A stretch of DNA of 64,000 nt from Minisyncoccota bacterium. Lineage in GTDB: Bacteria > Patescibacteriota > Minisyncoccia > Phycocordibacterales > DATDSR01. The stretch is taken from NCBI GenBank assembly GCA_036517655.1, contig DATDVE010000016.1, positions 2,979-66,978 on the forward strand, written 5' to 3'. The notes below the pieces were generated by a model. The model did not search any database. It was not told where the DNA came from and worked only from the letters and a program-made list of their open reading frames with translations. This document shows, in pieces, positions 56,338-64,000 of this stretch. The translations under genes and the position numbers were made by a program. How positions within the stretch are numbered: position 1 is the stretch's first letter; each line of letters begins with the position of its first letter.

Positions 56338-58658
56338 TTTGCAGTCTGCATTTTTAATTCCTGCGACGAGTTGCCTATTATGATATCTCCCGATAAAACT
56401 CCTTTTGGCAAATTGAGCTCCTCGGATCTGTGCACGCGGCGATATGATCCGTCCGCCTGTTTGGCATCAATGGTGATGTAATAGTCCCCAGGAGAAACAA
56501 GCATGTAGAATCGGCCGAACTCATCCGCAACTACGCGCTTCACTTCTTGGTTTAAGTTAGACATGAAGATTCTAACAATGGCGAAGGAATATGGTTCCCC
56601 GCTTTCAGCGTCCTTTATCATCACAGCCCTCCACGAACTTCTCCAATAGGTCTGAACTAAGAAAATTATAATGTAGAGAGATAACACGACAAAATTGAAG
56701 GTTCCGGGCGACAGCAATGTAGCCAAGAGGGTGAAAACGAAACCAACTATATACAAAACATCGAATATTATTGATTTGATCTTCTCACGTCTTGAGTAGA
56801 GGCGATACAGCTTTTGCTTACTCTTCACAAATTCGTTCCAGTCGAAACCTTCCGGATCAAGGGGAATATTGCGTGTTATCACTTCTCCCGAAGCGGTGAG
56901 CAACTGTTCTCCGTGATAGAGATTGCCGTAGAGTTCGTCTGAATCATGCCTGGCGAGAGCCTTGGACGGGAATGAGTAATGGGTTTTGCCGGCCTCGATT
57001 GTATATTTACCAGAAGGGAGCAGGAAACCGTAACGGCCATCTAGGTCCGTGATAGCATCGGCAATATCTTTGCCATCTTGCTTTACAACGACATAGGCAG
57101 GGTCAAGAGGTCGCTTGGTGACAGAATCATACACAGTTCCCCAGGGCTTATGCTTGCGTCGCAAACCGAGGAAACCCAGTATCGCACCGAAGAATCGCAT
57201 GATCAAAAGGTAAAGATCATAAGCGGAGCTCACATTGGTGGAAACCACGATTATCTGTGTCAATCCTGATATGAGACCAATTGCAGAACCGACAGGGAGA
57301 TAATCTTCGGCATCCGCGAAGCCAGAAAGTGGCGCCGCGCCTTTGTCGACAAATACAGCGCCACGCACCTCGGCTAATTTTGCACGAGAGTGGTCCAACA
57401 CATAAATATTGACCGAGTACTCACCCGCATCTAGCAGTGGTCCAATAGTTGCCTCATACCTTGATTTCTCTTCATCTACCCGAAGAAGAAAAGAGAAGAT
57501 CTTATCCTTGTCTCTCGGATGACGCATAGTTACTGCTATGGTCTTCAGAACCTCCGGCAAGTTATCATAAGATATGTACAAGGTTGTACTTTCTGTCCCA
57601 CCTAGCGAGATTCTGGATCCCTCCGCAAACTCTTTCTCTGTATCGCCCTGCTTGAAGATAAAAGTGAGATTCTGCAATTCAGGCGGTAAATCCTTGGCAA
57701 TCGGTAAACTGTCGAATATGTCGGGTACTGTTACTGGGAGTTCCGTCTCTTCGTCAGGTTCTTCGTCAAGTTCGTCGTCGGGTTCGGGTAGGATGTCCTC
57801 ACCGGGAATAGTTTCAGAAGCAATTGCGCCAGACGAATAATTGCCGCCATCATCTCTTGTGAAAATTGTGTAGTAGTAAGTGACTCCTTCTGCAACTCCA
57901 CTATCTTCGAAAAACTCCCCACTACCTTCATAGATCACCTCTCCATCCTCCGGGTCATCAATGAAGAAAGTCGTTGACCTTACGATACGAACGACAGAGA
58001 AATCTGGATCACTCGGATTCTCCCAAGAGAGCAGCACCGCGGATTCGGAGACGTCGTATACGGCAGTAAAGTTTGCCGGGTTAGCTGGAGTCTCGTCAGT
58101 CGCGAATCCTTCCGTATCAAACGAGTGGCCGAGCGAACTCGTAGAATTATCAGGATTACCCGCTTCATACGCGGCTATCTTGAAGAAATATGGAGTCCCC
58201 GGTGACAAGTCCTCAATCGTAAACAAGTGAGTGGTAGCTGGTACAAATTCAGCCATACTGCCAAGTTCATAGTCAAGTGTCTCTCCCCAAGATAGTATGG
58301 AGTAAGCAAGAAGATTTGTATTCCATGAAACTGGAACGCTCGAAGTACCTACAACGAACTCCACGTCACTTATCTCAAGCTGCTGCCCGCTTCCACCCCC
58401 TCCTCCCCCGCCGCCCCCACCTCCACCGCCTCCACCATCTATCGGACAATCACTTGGGCAGTTAGTCGAGGTCTCCCCAATCCCCGCTTGGCAAACTGAA
58501 TTCTGATTACAGAAATTTACTGTGGCATTCACATTTAGGTTATCGGTCGCCGCATGAGCGGAAAATTCTAAACCCCAAACCCCAAACCCCAACAAAATCA
58601 CAAGTACCAAAATCCCAGATTTGAACTTTGAACTTTGCGTTTTGCGTTCTGCTCTCAT
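56334..58658 (-). CDS. large envelope protein (774 aa): signal peptide, poly-Gly tract, two FN3-like domains, 4 TM helices with two carboxypeptidase-regulatory-like beta-sandwich domains
   Basis: Signal peptide, a G16 run, FN3-like segments (PGTPYFFKIAAYEAGN; VTYYYTIFTRDDGGN), TM helices, repeated DGRYGF / FGRFYM beta-sandwich signatures. Confidence 0.7.
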   Translation of the reverse strand: MRAERKTQSSKFKSGILVLVILLGFGVWGLEFSAHAATDNLNVNATVNFCNQNSVCQAGIGETSTNCPSDCPIDGGGGGGGGGGGGGGGSGQQLEISDVEFVVGTSSVPVSWNTNLLAYSILSWGETLDYELGSMAEFVPATTHLFTIEDLSPGTPYFFKIAAYEAGNPDNSTSSLGHSFDTEGFATDETPANPANFTAVYDVSESAVLLSWENPSDPDFSVVRIVRSTTFFIDDPEDGEVIYEGSGEFFEDSGVAEGVTYYYTIFTRDDGGNYSSGAIASETIPGEDILPEPDDELDEEPDEETELPVTVPDIFDSLPIAKDLPPELQNLTFIFKQGDTEKEFAEGSRISLGGTESTTLYISYDNLPEVLKTIAVTMRHPRDKDKIFSFLLRVDEEKSRYEATIGPLLDAGEYSVNIYVLDHSRAKLAEVRGAVFVDKGAAPLSGFADAEDYLPVGSAIGLISGLTQIIVVSTNVSSAYDLYLLIMRFFGAILGFLGLRRKHKPWGTVYDSVTKRPLDPAYVVVKQDGKDIADAITDLDGRYGFLLPSGKYTIEAGKTHYSFPSKALARHDSDELYGNLYHGEQLLTASGEVITRNIPLDPEGFDWNEFVKSKQKLYRLYSRREKIKSIIFDVLYIVGFVFTLLATLLSPGTFNFVVLSLYIIIFLVQTYWRSSWRAVMIKDAESGEPYSFAIVRIFMSNLNQEVKRVVADEFGRFYMLVSPGDYYITIDAKQADGSYRRVHRSEELNLPKGVLSGDIIIGNSSQELKMQTAK

Positions 58659-59401
58659 ATCGCAATCGCTGTTACAATTATATGTGCCGAGTAGCTGCCA
58701 GCGGCTTGATTTGCGGTAGCCTCCGCCTCTGCCTCGAACCGAACAGTCGTGTTTGTCCCCGTGGGGTGATTGCCAGAGATGCCCTTGCCGACAAGTTTGT
58801 TAGTGGTAGTTATAGAGTCCCAACATGCAGAAACTGCGTCAGAAGTGCCCACACCACAGGCAGTCCCGTTATCTTTATACGTACTCCATATATCTGCGCC
58901 CTCTGGACTGAAACCGAATTCGGAGTTACCGATACCAATTGTCCAAGTATAGTCTGGCAGAGAGCCTGAAGGAGTATAGTTGGCGAAGAAATTCGCTCCC
59001 GACTGCATGGCGGGGCTTGAGTCCGCCTTTATGTAGAGAGTATAGCCGGTGGGATTATCAGTAGTGACAGTCCAGACAGCCGAGCCGTATGCAGCCCCTC
59101 CCTGGAGAGTTGTGATAACAGGCAGGAGATTAACGTCAGACGGAGTAGACAGCGAGATATAGCCATCACTCTGTTGATAGCCGGCCTCTAGAGCATAGTT
59201 TGTACTTGTGCCCCGACCTGTACTCACCTCTCCTCCAGTATCCTCGAGCGAGAAGTTTGCTGACGTGGATCTAGACCCGGCGAAATTGATACTGTCACGT
59301 TCAATTATATAGTTCGTGCTACTCGCTGCTATGGCCAAGACGTTGCGGGCAGGAGCGGCGATGAAGAGGACGACGGTCAAGATTGTGAACAGAGTTTTCA
59401 T
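58655..59401 (-). CDS. secreted Ser/Thr/Gly-rich surface protein, WxL-like
   Basis: Signal peptide MKTLFTILTVVLFIAAPARNVLA. W-x-(V/I) motifs (AVWTVTTDNP, YTWTIGIG) reminiscent of WxL domains. ATGA overlaps on both sides. Confidence 0.5.
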   Translation of the reverse strand: MKTLFTILTVVLFIAAPARNVLAIAASSTNYIIERDSINFAGSRSTSANFSLEDTGGEVSTGRGTSTNYALEAGYQQSDGYISLSTPSDVNLLPVITTLQGGAAYGSAVWTVTTDNPTGYTLYIKADSSPAMQSGANFFANYTPSGSLPDYTWTIGIGNSEFGFSPEGADIWSTYKDNGTACGVGTSDAVSACWDSITTTNKLVGKGISGNHPTGTNTTVRFEAEAEATANQAAGSYSAHIIVTAIAI

Positions 59402-60282
59402 TTCTTGCGAATGATTCTTACGATCTTCACAATCACTAACACGCCAACCAGAACTATAAGCAGCAATTTCCACGGGATAACCCAGAAGCTCACAACTTCC
59501 TCACCCTTAACCTCCCCACTCGCGTCAATCAAACTTAGACTGGCACTGTAGCGACCAATCAGAAACTTTGAGCCAATTGTATCAACGCGTGATCGTGTCG
59601 CATCTGGCAACACAAACCATGAGGAGATCACTCTCTCATCGGAAGTCAGTCCCAGTGAATTCTTGAGAACTAGCTTCCCGGAGAGTTTCGAGTGAACGTC
59701 CCCCGAGTTAGAGTAGGTTGTCACAAGAGCGACTGGGCCAGAAGACAGCAACTTATCACCACTTGCCACTCCAAAGGCAAGGACCTTCCCGCTAGAGGTT
59801 AGATTCTGCGTCGTGCCTACAAGCACGGGGACAGCAATGCGACTTGAGAGAGAAGCGCCAGCGCCCGATAGTCCCGAGTCGGCACCTCCGGCAACAGATA
59901 CTGTCACTGCTCCGTATAGGCCCGGCAATATTACACTCTCCGGTAAGTCAATCGTTATCGGCACACTCGCCGTCTGCCTCGCGCCAATCTCGACTGATCG
60001 CAGTGGCGCCTTGAGATATGAGCTAAGTGAGTAACCACTCTTGTCTCCAGAAAGAAGGGCGATCTCGCCGACGGAATCTACTTCTATATCTTCAGCTCCA
60101 ATGGTAAAAATTCGCGCAGTGTCGGATTGGTTAGTAATGGCAATGTTGAATGTCAGCACCTCACCCGCCGATACGTAGAGCTCCTTGTGGGCAGGGCTAA
60201 CTAGAAAACTATCGGAGGCAGCCGAGATAAAACTAGGGAAGAGGAGAACGGAGGCAAAAAATATTATGTACTTAGGTTTCAT
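59398..60282 (-). CDS. DUF916/DUF3324-like cell-surface protein with C-terminal TM anchor and basic tail
   Basis: Signal peptide. N-terminal pattern FLVSPAHKELYVSAGEVLTFNIAITNQSD. C-terminus WVIPWKLLLIVLVGVLVIVKIVRIIRKK, as in Firmicute DUF916 (CscA-like) proteins. Confidence 0.5.
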   Translation of the reverse strand: MKPKYIIFFASVLLFPSFISAASDSFLVSPAHKELYVSAGEVLTFNIAITNQSDTARIFTIGAEDIEVDSVGEIALLSGDKSGYSLSSYLKAPLRSVEIGARQTASVPITIDLPESVILPGLYGAVTVSVAGGADSGLSGAGASLSSRIAVPVLVGTTQNLTSSGKVLAFGVASGDKLLSSGPVALVTTYSNSGDVHSKLSGKLVLKNSLGLTSDERVISSWFVLPDATRSRVDTIGSKFLIGRYSASLSLIDASGEVKGEEVVSFWVIPWKLLLIVLVGVLVIVKIVRIIRKK

Positions 60283-61214
60283 CTCTGATCTACAGGTACA
60301 ATTACAAAAACAAAAGAATCATCCGTCGGACTTCTGAAAACAGGTCTGATCAGACCTGCACTTCTGCTATTGTCCAGCGTAACATCCACTTCGTCAGAGA
60401 ATGCATCTCGCACACTCTGCTTGATTGACTCGTCCGAGACAGCATCACCAGAGCTAGGGCGGACAACGATTCCAAAATTATTACTGCCTTCGGTCGAGGT
60501 ATAGTCAATCAATTCCGAAAGCCTCTCATCAATAATATTTTCCGTAATCGTCCGAACATCGCTCTCTGATAGTCCTTCTCCCGACGAGACAATAGTGGTT
60601 GACGTAGATGTGGAATTTCTGCTCTCCACGACAACGCGCTCCTCTCTCTCCTTCTCGCCAATTATGGGCGAGAGGAACGCGAGCGTCTTGTCCCTGATAG
60701 CAGACGCGAGAGTGGCAATTTTATCCTCAACACTATTTAGAAAACCTAAGTACAGAGCATCAACTTTTCTTCCTAGACTAATACTCGATGCAATGACGTT
60801 CGCAGTTTGATCCACGTCCTGCACCATGAGCCCCACTTCCTGCGAATCTGGTAGGTTGATAGTAAAATACTCACCCGCCGATGGAAGTGCAGGACGACCC
60901 AAAAGATAAAGTGGGACCAGTAGGAGTACGGCAAGGGCGAAATAGGCAAAGACCGGCTTCGCGCGAACCTGCTTATTTACGGAGATCTGATCAGATGGCT
61001 TCGGTGCTGTTGGTACTCTCTTCCCTTCCACGTCGGCTGTGTATTTAGACAATGATGAATAGTCAACGAATCTATCACGACCAACCATGGCCGAGCCGAT
61101 TTTACCGGAGCGGCTAAGCTGTCCGATATAGTCCTTTGTATAGCCAAATAGCACGGCTGCTCGCCTAGACGAGATATAGGTTTTGCCTGAAATTATAAGT
61201 GGCTGCTCCTCCAT
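60279..61214 (-). CDS. membrane-anchored protein with N-terminal cytoplasmic HTH (excisionase/MerR-type) domain and extracytoplasmic C-terminal domain
   Basis: HTH-like YISSRRAAVLFGYTKDYIGQLSRSGKI...GRDRF, then a single TM (VFAYFALAVLLLVPLYLLG) and a ~200 aa outside domain. First gene of the surface operon. Confidence 0.5.
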   Translation of the reverse strand: MEEQPLIISGKTYISSRRAAVLFGYTKDYIGQLSRSGKIGSAMVGRDRFVDYSSLSKYTADVEGKRVPTAPKPSDQISVNKQVRAKPVFAYFALAVLLLVPLYLLGRPALPSAGEYFTINLPDSQEVGLMVQDVDQTANVIASSISLGRKVDALYLGFLNSVEDKIATLASAIRDKTLAFLSPIIGEKEREERVVVESRNSTSTSTTIVSSGEGLSESDVRTITENIIDERLSELIDYTSTEGSNNFGIVVRPSSGDAVSDESIKQSVRDAFSDEVDVTLDNSRSAGLIRPVFRSPTDDSFVFVIVPVDQR

Positions 61215-61263
61215 TCTTGCCTTTAATTATACCGGGCTAGAGAATAATCTGTTAAGCTTAGGT

Positions 61264-62769
61264 GTGCATAAACCCCTATATGTAATTAAGGTCATCCCGG
61301 CCCATAGAAGCCTCTCAGCCCTGACCTATTTCAGTGCCCAGAGTTTCGCAGCCGGAGAGATCACCCCGATTGAGGTTAGCGGCAGGGAAATTGCAGCAAT
61401 GGTGGTGAGCTCTTCGCAAGTCGCCAATTCTAAGTGGAGTCTTAAAAAACAGAATTTTAGACTGAAGAAGCTAGAAGCGAGAAGTACTGGGATTTTGATT
61501 CCAGAGGTAGTCGTGGCAGCACTCAGGAAACTGTCTGAATACTACTTACTTGAAATGGCCCTAATCCTTGAGCTCGTCATGCCGAGATTAAACAAAATAA
61601 GGCCAATTCTAAATTCCCAATCTCACATCACATGCGCACCTAATGAACGAGCAGCGAGGCTACTACCTAAGGACAGGCAGCTGGCAGTAACAGTGCGGCA
61701 GCTAATTCTCTTGCAGGGTCAAGTCAGAAAGATAAGAGTGGTAGGGGGCGAAGACTCCTACCGCGACCCAAGCTACCCCAACCTGGACCTTAGGGTCTAT
61801 ATCAAGGCTCTTGCCGAGGCCATTGGTGCCGAGTATGTGGAGGGGGAAAGTGGTCCTATCGGCGGACGCCGAGCAGAAATTATTCTTATAAAAATGTCAG
61901 GTCCGGAGCTGATCAGCCCTGAACTTAGAGAGCTAATTACTTCATCGGCGAAACGCAATAAGTCGCTTCTACTCGTGGTAGCCAGAAAAGGTTACGCAAC
62001 TACAACAGTCTGCCGAGATTGCGGATCGATCCTTTATTGTCCAAACTGCTCTACCCCTCTTGTTCTTTTCGCGCGTAGAGAAAGAGAATATGTCTGCAAC
62101 TATTGCACAAGCAAGTTTGCCGCGGACCAGAGGTGCTCGACATGCGGCGGGTGGAAACTAGAGCCACATGGCATAGCCACGCAGAGGGTCGAGACAGAAG
62201 TCGAGCGGATAGTTCAGGGTAGCTTGGGAGATAAGATAAGAACATCCACGCTTGCGTCTGCACAGAACACAGTTGAGCGGTACGACAATTCCGCGGTAAT
62301 GAGTGTAGATAGCATTTTTGCAACTCCAGATTTCAACATCCGTAGCAAAGTGTTTAACGCCTTATCGGATCTTGCCAGTAATACCGGCGGCAAATTGCTT
62401 ATACAAACTCGGCATCATGATAACAGCTTGTTCAGATTTCTACTGGACAACGACAAGCTAGGCTTCGAGAGAGAGGACAACAAACTACGCAAGACCTACA
62501 ACTACCCCCCCTTTGCAACCCTTATCAAGATCACTCACAGAGGTAATCAGGCAGAGAAATCTCGGTTCGAAAAGTTTGCAAAAACCCTGCTTCACGGCTA
62601 CAATCCGACTATTGCACCAGCATTCATCCCTGTAGTAAGGAACAAACTGGTGACCAATGTCATTCTTCGGCTTCCACTTGAAGTCTGGCCCAACGAGAGA
62701 CTAGAGAGAATACTCAGAAGGTTGAAAGAGGTTGCCGAGGTGCATATTAATCCACGAGACTTATTGTAA
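61264..62769 (+). CDS. priA: primosomal protein N' (PriA)-like, helicase core not recognisable
   Basis: N-terminal 3'-DNA-binding-like segment (YVIKVIPAHRSLSALTYF...GREIAAMVVS). PriA Cys-rich Zn region (CRDCGSILYCPNC...CNYC...CSTCGG). No Walker A/DEAH found. Start uncertain; ORF track TTG at 61183. Confidence 0.55.
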   Translation: MHKPLYVIKVIPAHRSLSALTYFSAQSFAAGEITPIEVSGREIAAMVVSSSQVANSKWSLKKQNFRLKKLEARSTGILIPEVVVAALRKLSEYYLLEMALILELVMPRLNKIRPILNSQSHITCAPNERAARLLPKDRQLAVTVRQLILLQGQVRKIRVVGGEDSYRDPSYPNLDLRVYIKALAEAIGAEYVEGESGPIGGRRAEIILIKMSGPELISPELRELITSSAKRNKSLLLVVARKGYATTTVCRDCGSILYCPNCSTPLVLFARREREYVCNYCTSKFAADQRCSTCGGWKLEPHGIATQRVETEVERIVQGSLGDKIRTSTLASAQNTVERYDNSAVMSVDSIFATPDFNIRSKVFNALSDLASNTGGKLLIQTRHHDNSLFRFLLDNDKLGFEREDNKLRKTYNYPPFATLIKITHRGNQAEKSRFEKFAKTLLHGYNPTIAPAFIPVVRNKLVTNVILRLPLEVWPNERLERILRRLKEVAEVHINPRDLL

Positions 62770-63278
62770 TGGAGAATATGATTCTACAAGTCGGAGACCC
62801 TAGATTGAGAACTCCTTGTCGAGAAGTATCATCCGATGAAGCTTCTGGGTCAAAAACTAGGAAGCTAATAAGACACATGCAAGCAGTACTTGAAGGTTGT
62901 CCGGATGGAGTGGCGCTTGCCGCTCCACAGATAGGCGAAAATGTTAGAATCTTCGTAGTTTCTCCAAGAGCCTTCGCGCAAGCATCCGAATCAAACAGGC
63001 TTGTTTACATTAATCCCAGAGTGAGGAAAAGCTCAGCAAAATACCTTGAACTGGAAGAGGGCTGTCTCTCTGTGCGTAATGTATATGGCAAAATCCTGCG
63101 GAAGGAAAAGATAACAATCGAGGCCGTTGATGAGAGAGGTAAAAGATTTGTCAGAGGTGGTTCTGGCTTACTTTCAGAAATATTCCAACATGAGATTGAA
63201 CACCTGGACGGCATTCTTTTCACCGATACCGCCAAGGAGCTAAGAGAAATAAAGGATACTACAGGCGATGCATCGTGA
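62769..63278 (+). CDS. def: peptide deformylase
   Basis: Motifs EGCLS and QHEIEHLDG. Confidence 0.9.
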   Translation: MENMILQVGDPRLRTPCREVSSDEASGSKTRKLIRHMQAVLEGCPDGVALAAPQIGENVRIFVVSPRAFAQASESNRLVYINPRVRKSSAKYLELEEGCLSVRNVYGKILRKEKITIEAVDERGKRFVRGGSGLLSEIFQHEIEHLDGILFTDTAKELREIKDTTGDAS

Positions 63279-64000
63279 GATTAAATTTGTTTTCTTCGGC
63301 TCTGACGCAGTAGCTCAAGGAGCACTCGTCTCGATTGCAAGGCATGGCTTAGTGCCGAGCGAGAAGGGCGATGTGGCAGTGCTAGTGTCCTACGGCAAAA
63401 TACTCAGGCAAGAAACCATTGAATCATTTAAATTTGGGATTCTAAATATTCACCCGTCACTTTTGCCAAAATTAAGAGGCCCCTCCCCCATCAAGTCTGC
63501 CATCCTGGAAGATCTAGCGGAGACCGGCGTAAGTATTATGAAGCTAGACAATCAAGTTGATCACGGGCCAATACTCGCGCAAGAAGAAATTGCTCTCTCG
63601 CCTCAAGTTGCCACAGAGCAAGAACTGCGCACGGCATTATTTGAGAAAGGCGGGCAGCTACTGGCAAATGTTTTGCCAGACTATCTAGCCGGCAAGCTAG
63701 TGCCAGTCGCACAAGATCACGAAGAAGCAACCTATACGCGCAAATTCAAACCCGAAGACGCATATCTTGATTTCTCCACTTGGAGATCTGATCCCCAAGT
63801 TGTGCGAATACTAGAGAGGAAAGTGAGAGCACTAAGTGAGGAGCCGGGAACTTACTCTGTAATTCCCACGCAAAGGGGCAAGAAACGAGTGAAGATTCTT
63901 AAGGCGCACATAGAGCAAAATAAATTTGTTCCCGATCTAGTACAGCCGGATGGCAAGAAACAGATGACTTGGCAAGCCTTCCTACTGGGCAACCCTGTTA
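63258..64000 (+). CDS. fmt: methionyl-tRNA formyltransferase (3' end off window)
   Basis: Own translation: MHREIKFVFFGSD...NIHPSLLPKLRGPSPIKSAILEDLAETGVSIMKLD. Formyltransferase signatures and def-fmt synteny. Runs to the window end without a stop. Confidence 0.85.

Overview
The window is 64 kb of a compact, moderately AT-rich bacterial genome. The combination of minimal aminoacyl-tRNA synthetases, very large surface proteins and a reduced gene set suggests a Patescibacteria/CPR-like or other reduced Gram-positive-type lineage; this is an inference from gene content.

Most of the window is housekeeping:
- rpoA (3' part), rplQ, rplM and rpsI, then grpE-dnaK-dnaJ.
- Six aminoacyl-tRNA synthetases: trpS, an archaeal-type aspS, gltX, cysS, lysS and a minimal proS.
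- scpAB, ftsW-murG, dnaB, recR, rmuC, def-fmt, frr and rseP.
- A minus-strand mraZ-rsmH-ftsL-ftsI-murF cluster.
- A rod-shape module (mreB-mreC-mreD-PBP2) plus a second MreB paralog.

Accessory or unusual content:
1. A tight five-gene minus-strand operon at 52150-61214. It encodes a membrane-anchored HTH protein, a DUF916/WxL-like pair of surface proteins, a 774-aa multipass protein with FN3-like and beta-sandwich domains and a poly-Gly tract, and a 1395-aa giant protein with LVIVD-type beta-propeller repeats and a Pro/Glu-rich tail. This is the best candidate for a novel cell-surface system.
2. An orphan sensor kinase followed by a 923-aa secreted protein combining a beta-helix, an SH3b-like segment and SLT lytic-transglycosylase motifs.
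3. A probable RNase P RNA hidden under a called 90-aa ORF (about 7265-7565).
4. Several short GC-rich islands that look horizontally acquired: a truncated SDR gene with its own terminator, a small membrane protein gene with a strong terminator, and a tRNA-Glu-adjacent island carrying HicAB, a zinc-ribbon protein, a SemiSWEET transporter under a palindromic operator promoter, and a thioredoxin-fold protein.
5. An 18-nt perfect palindrome present twice, once inside scpB coding sequence and once as a terminator.
6. A roughly 45-nt motif repeated downstream of two tandem hypothetical membrane protein genes.
7. MraZ-box-like repeats in the mraZ promoter.
8. A PriA-like protein lacking a recognisable helicase core.

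No CRISPR array, rRNA or transposase was seen.
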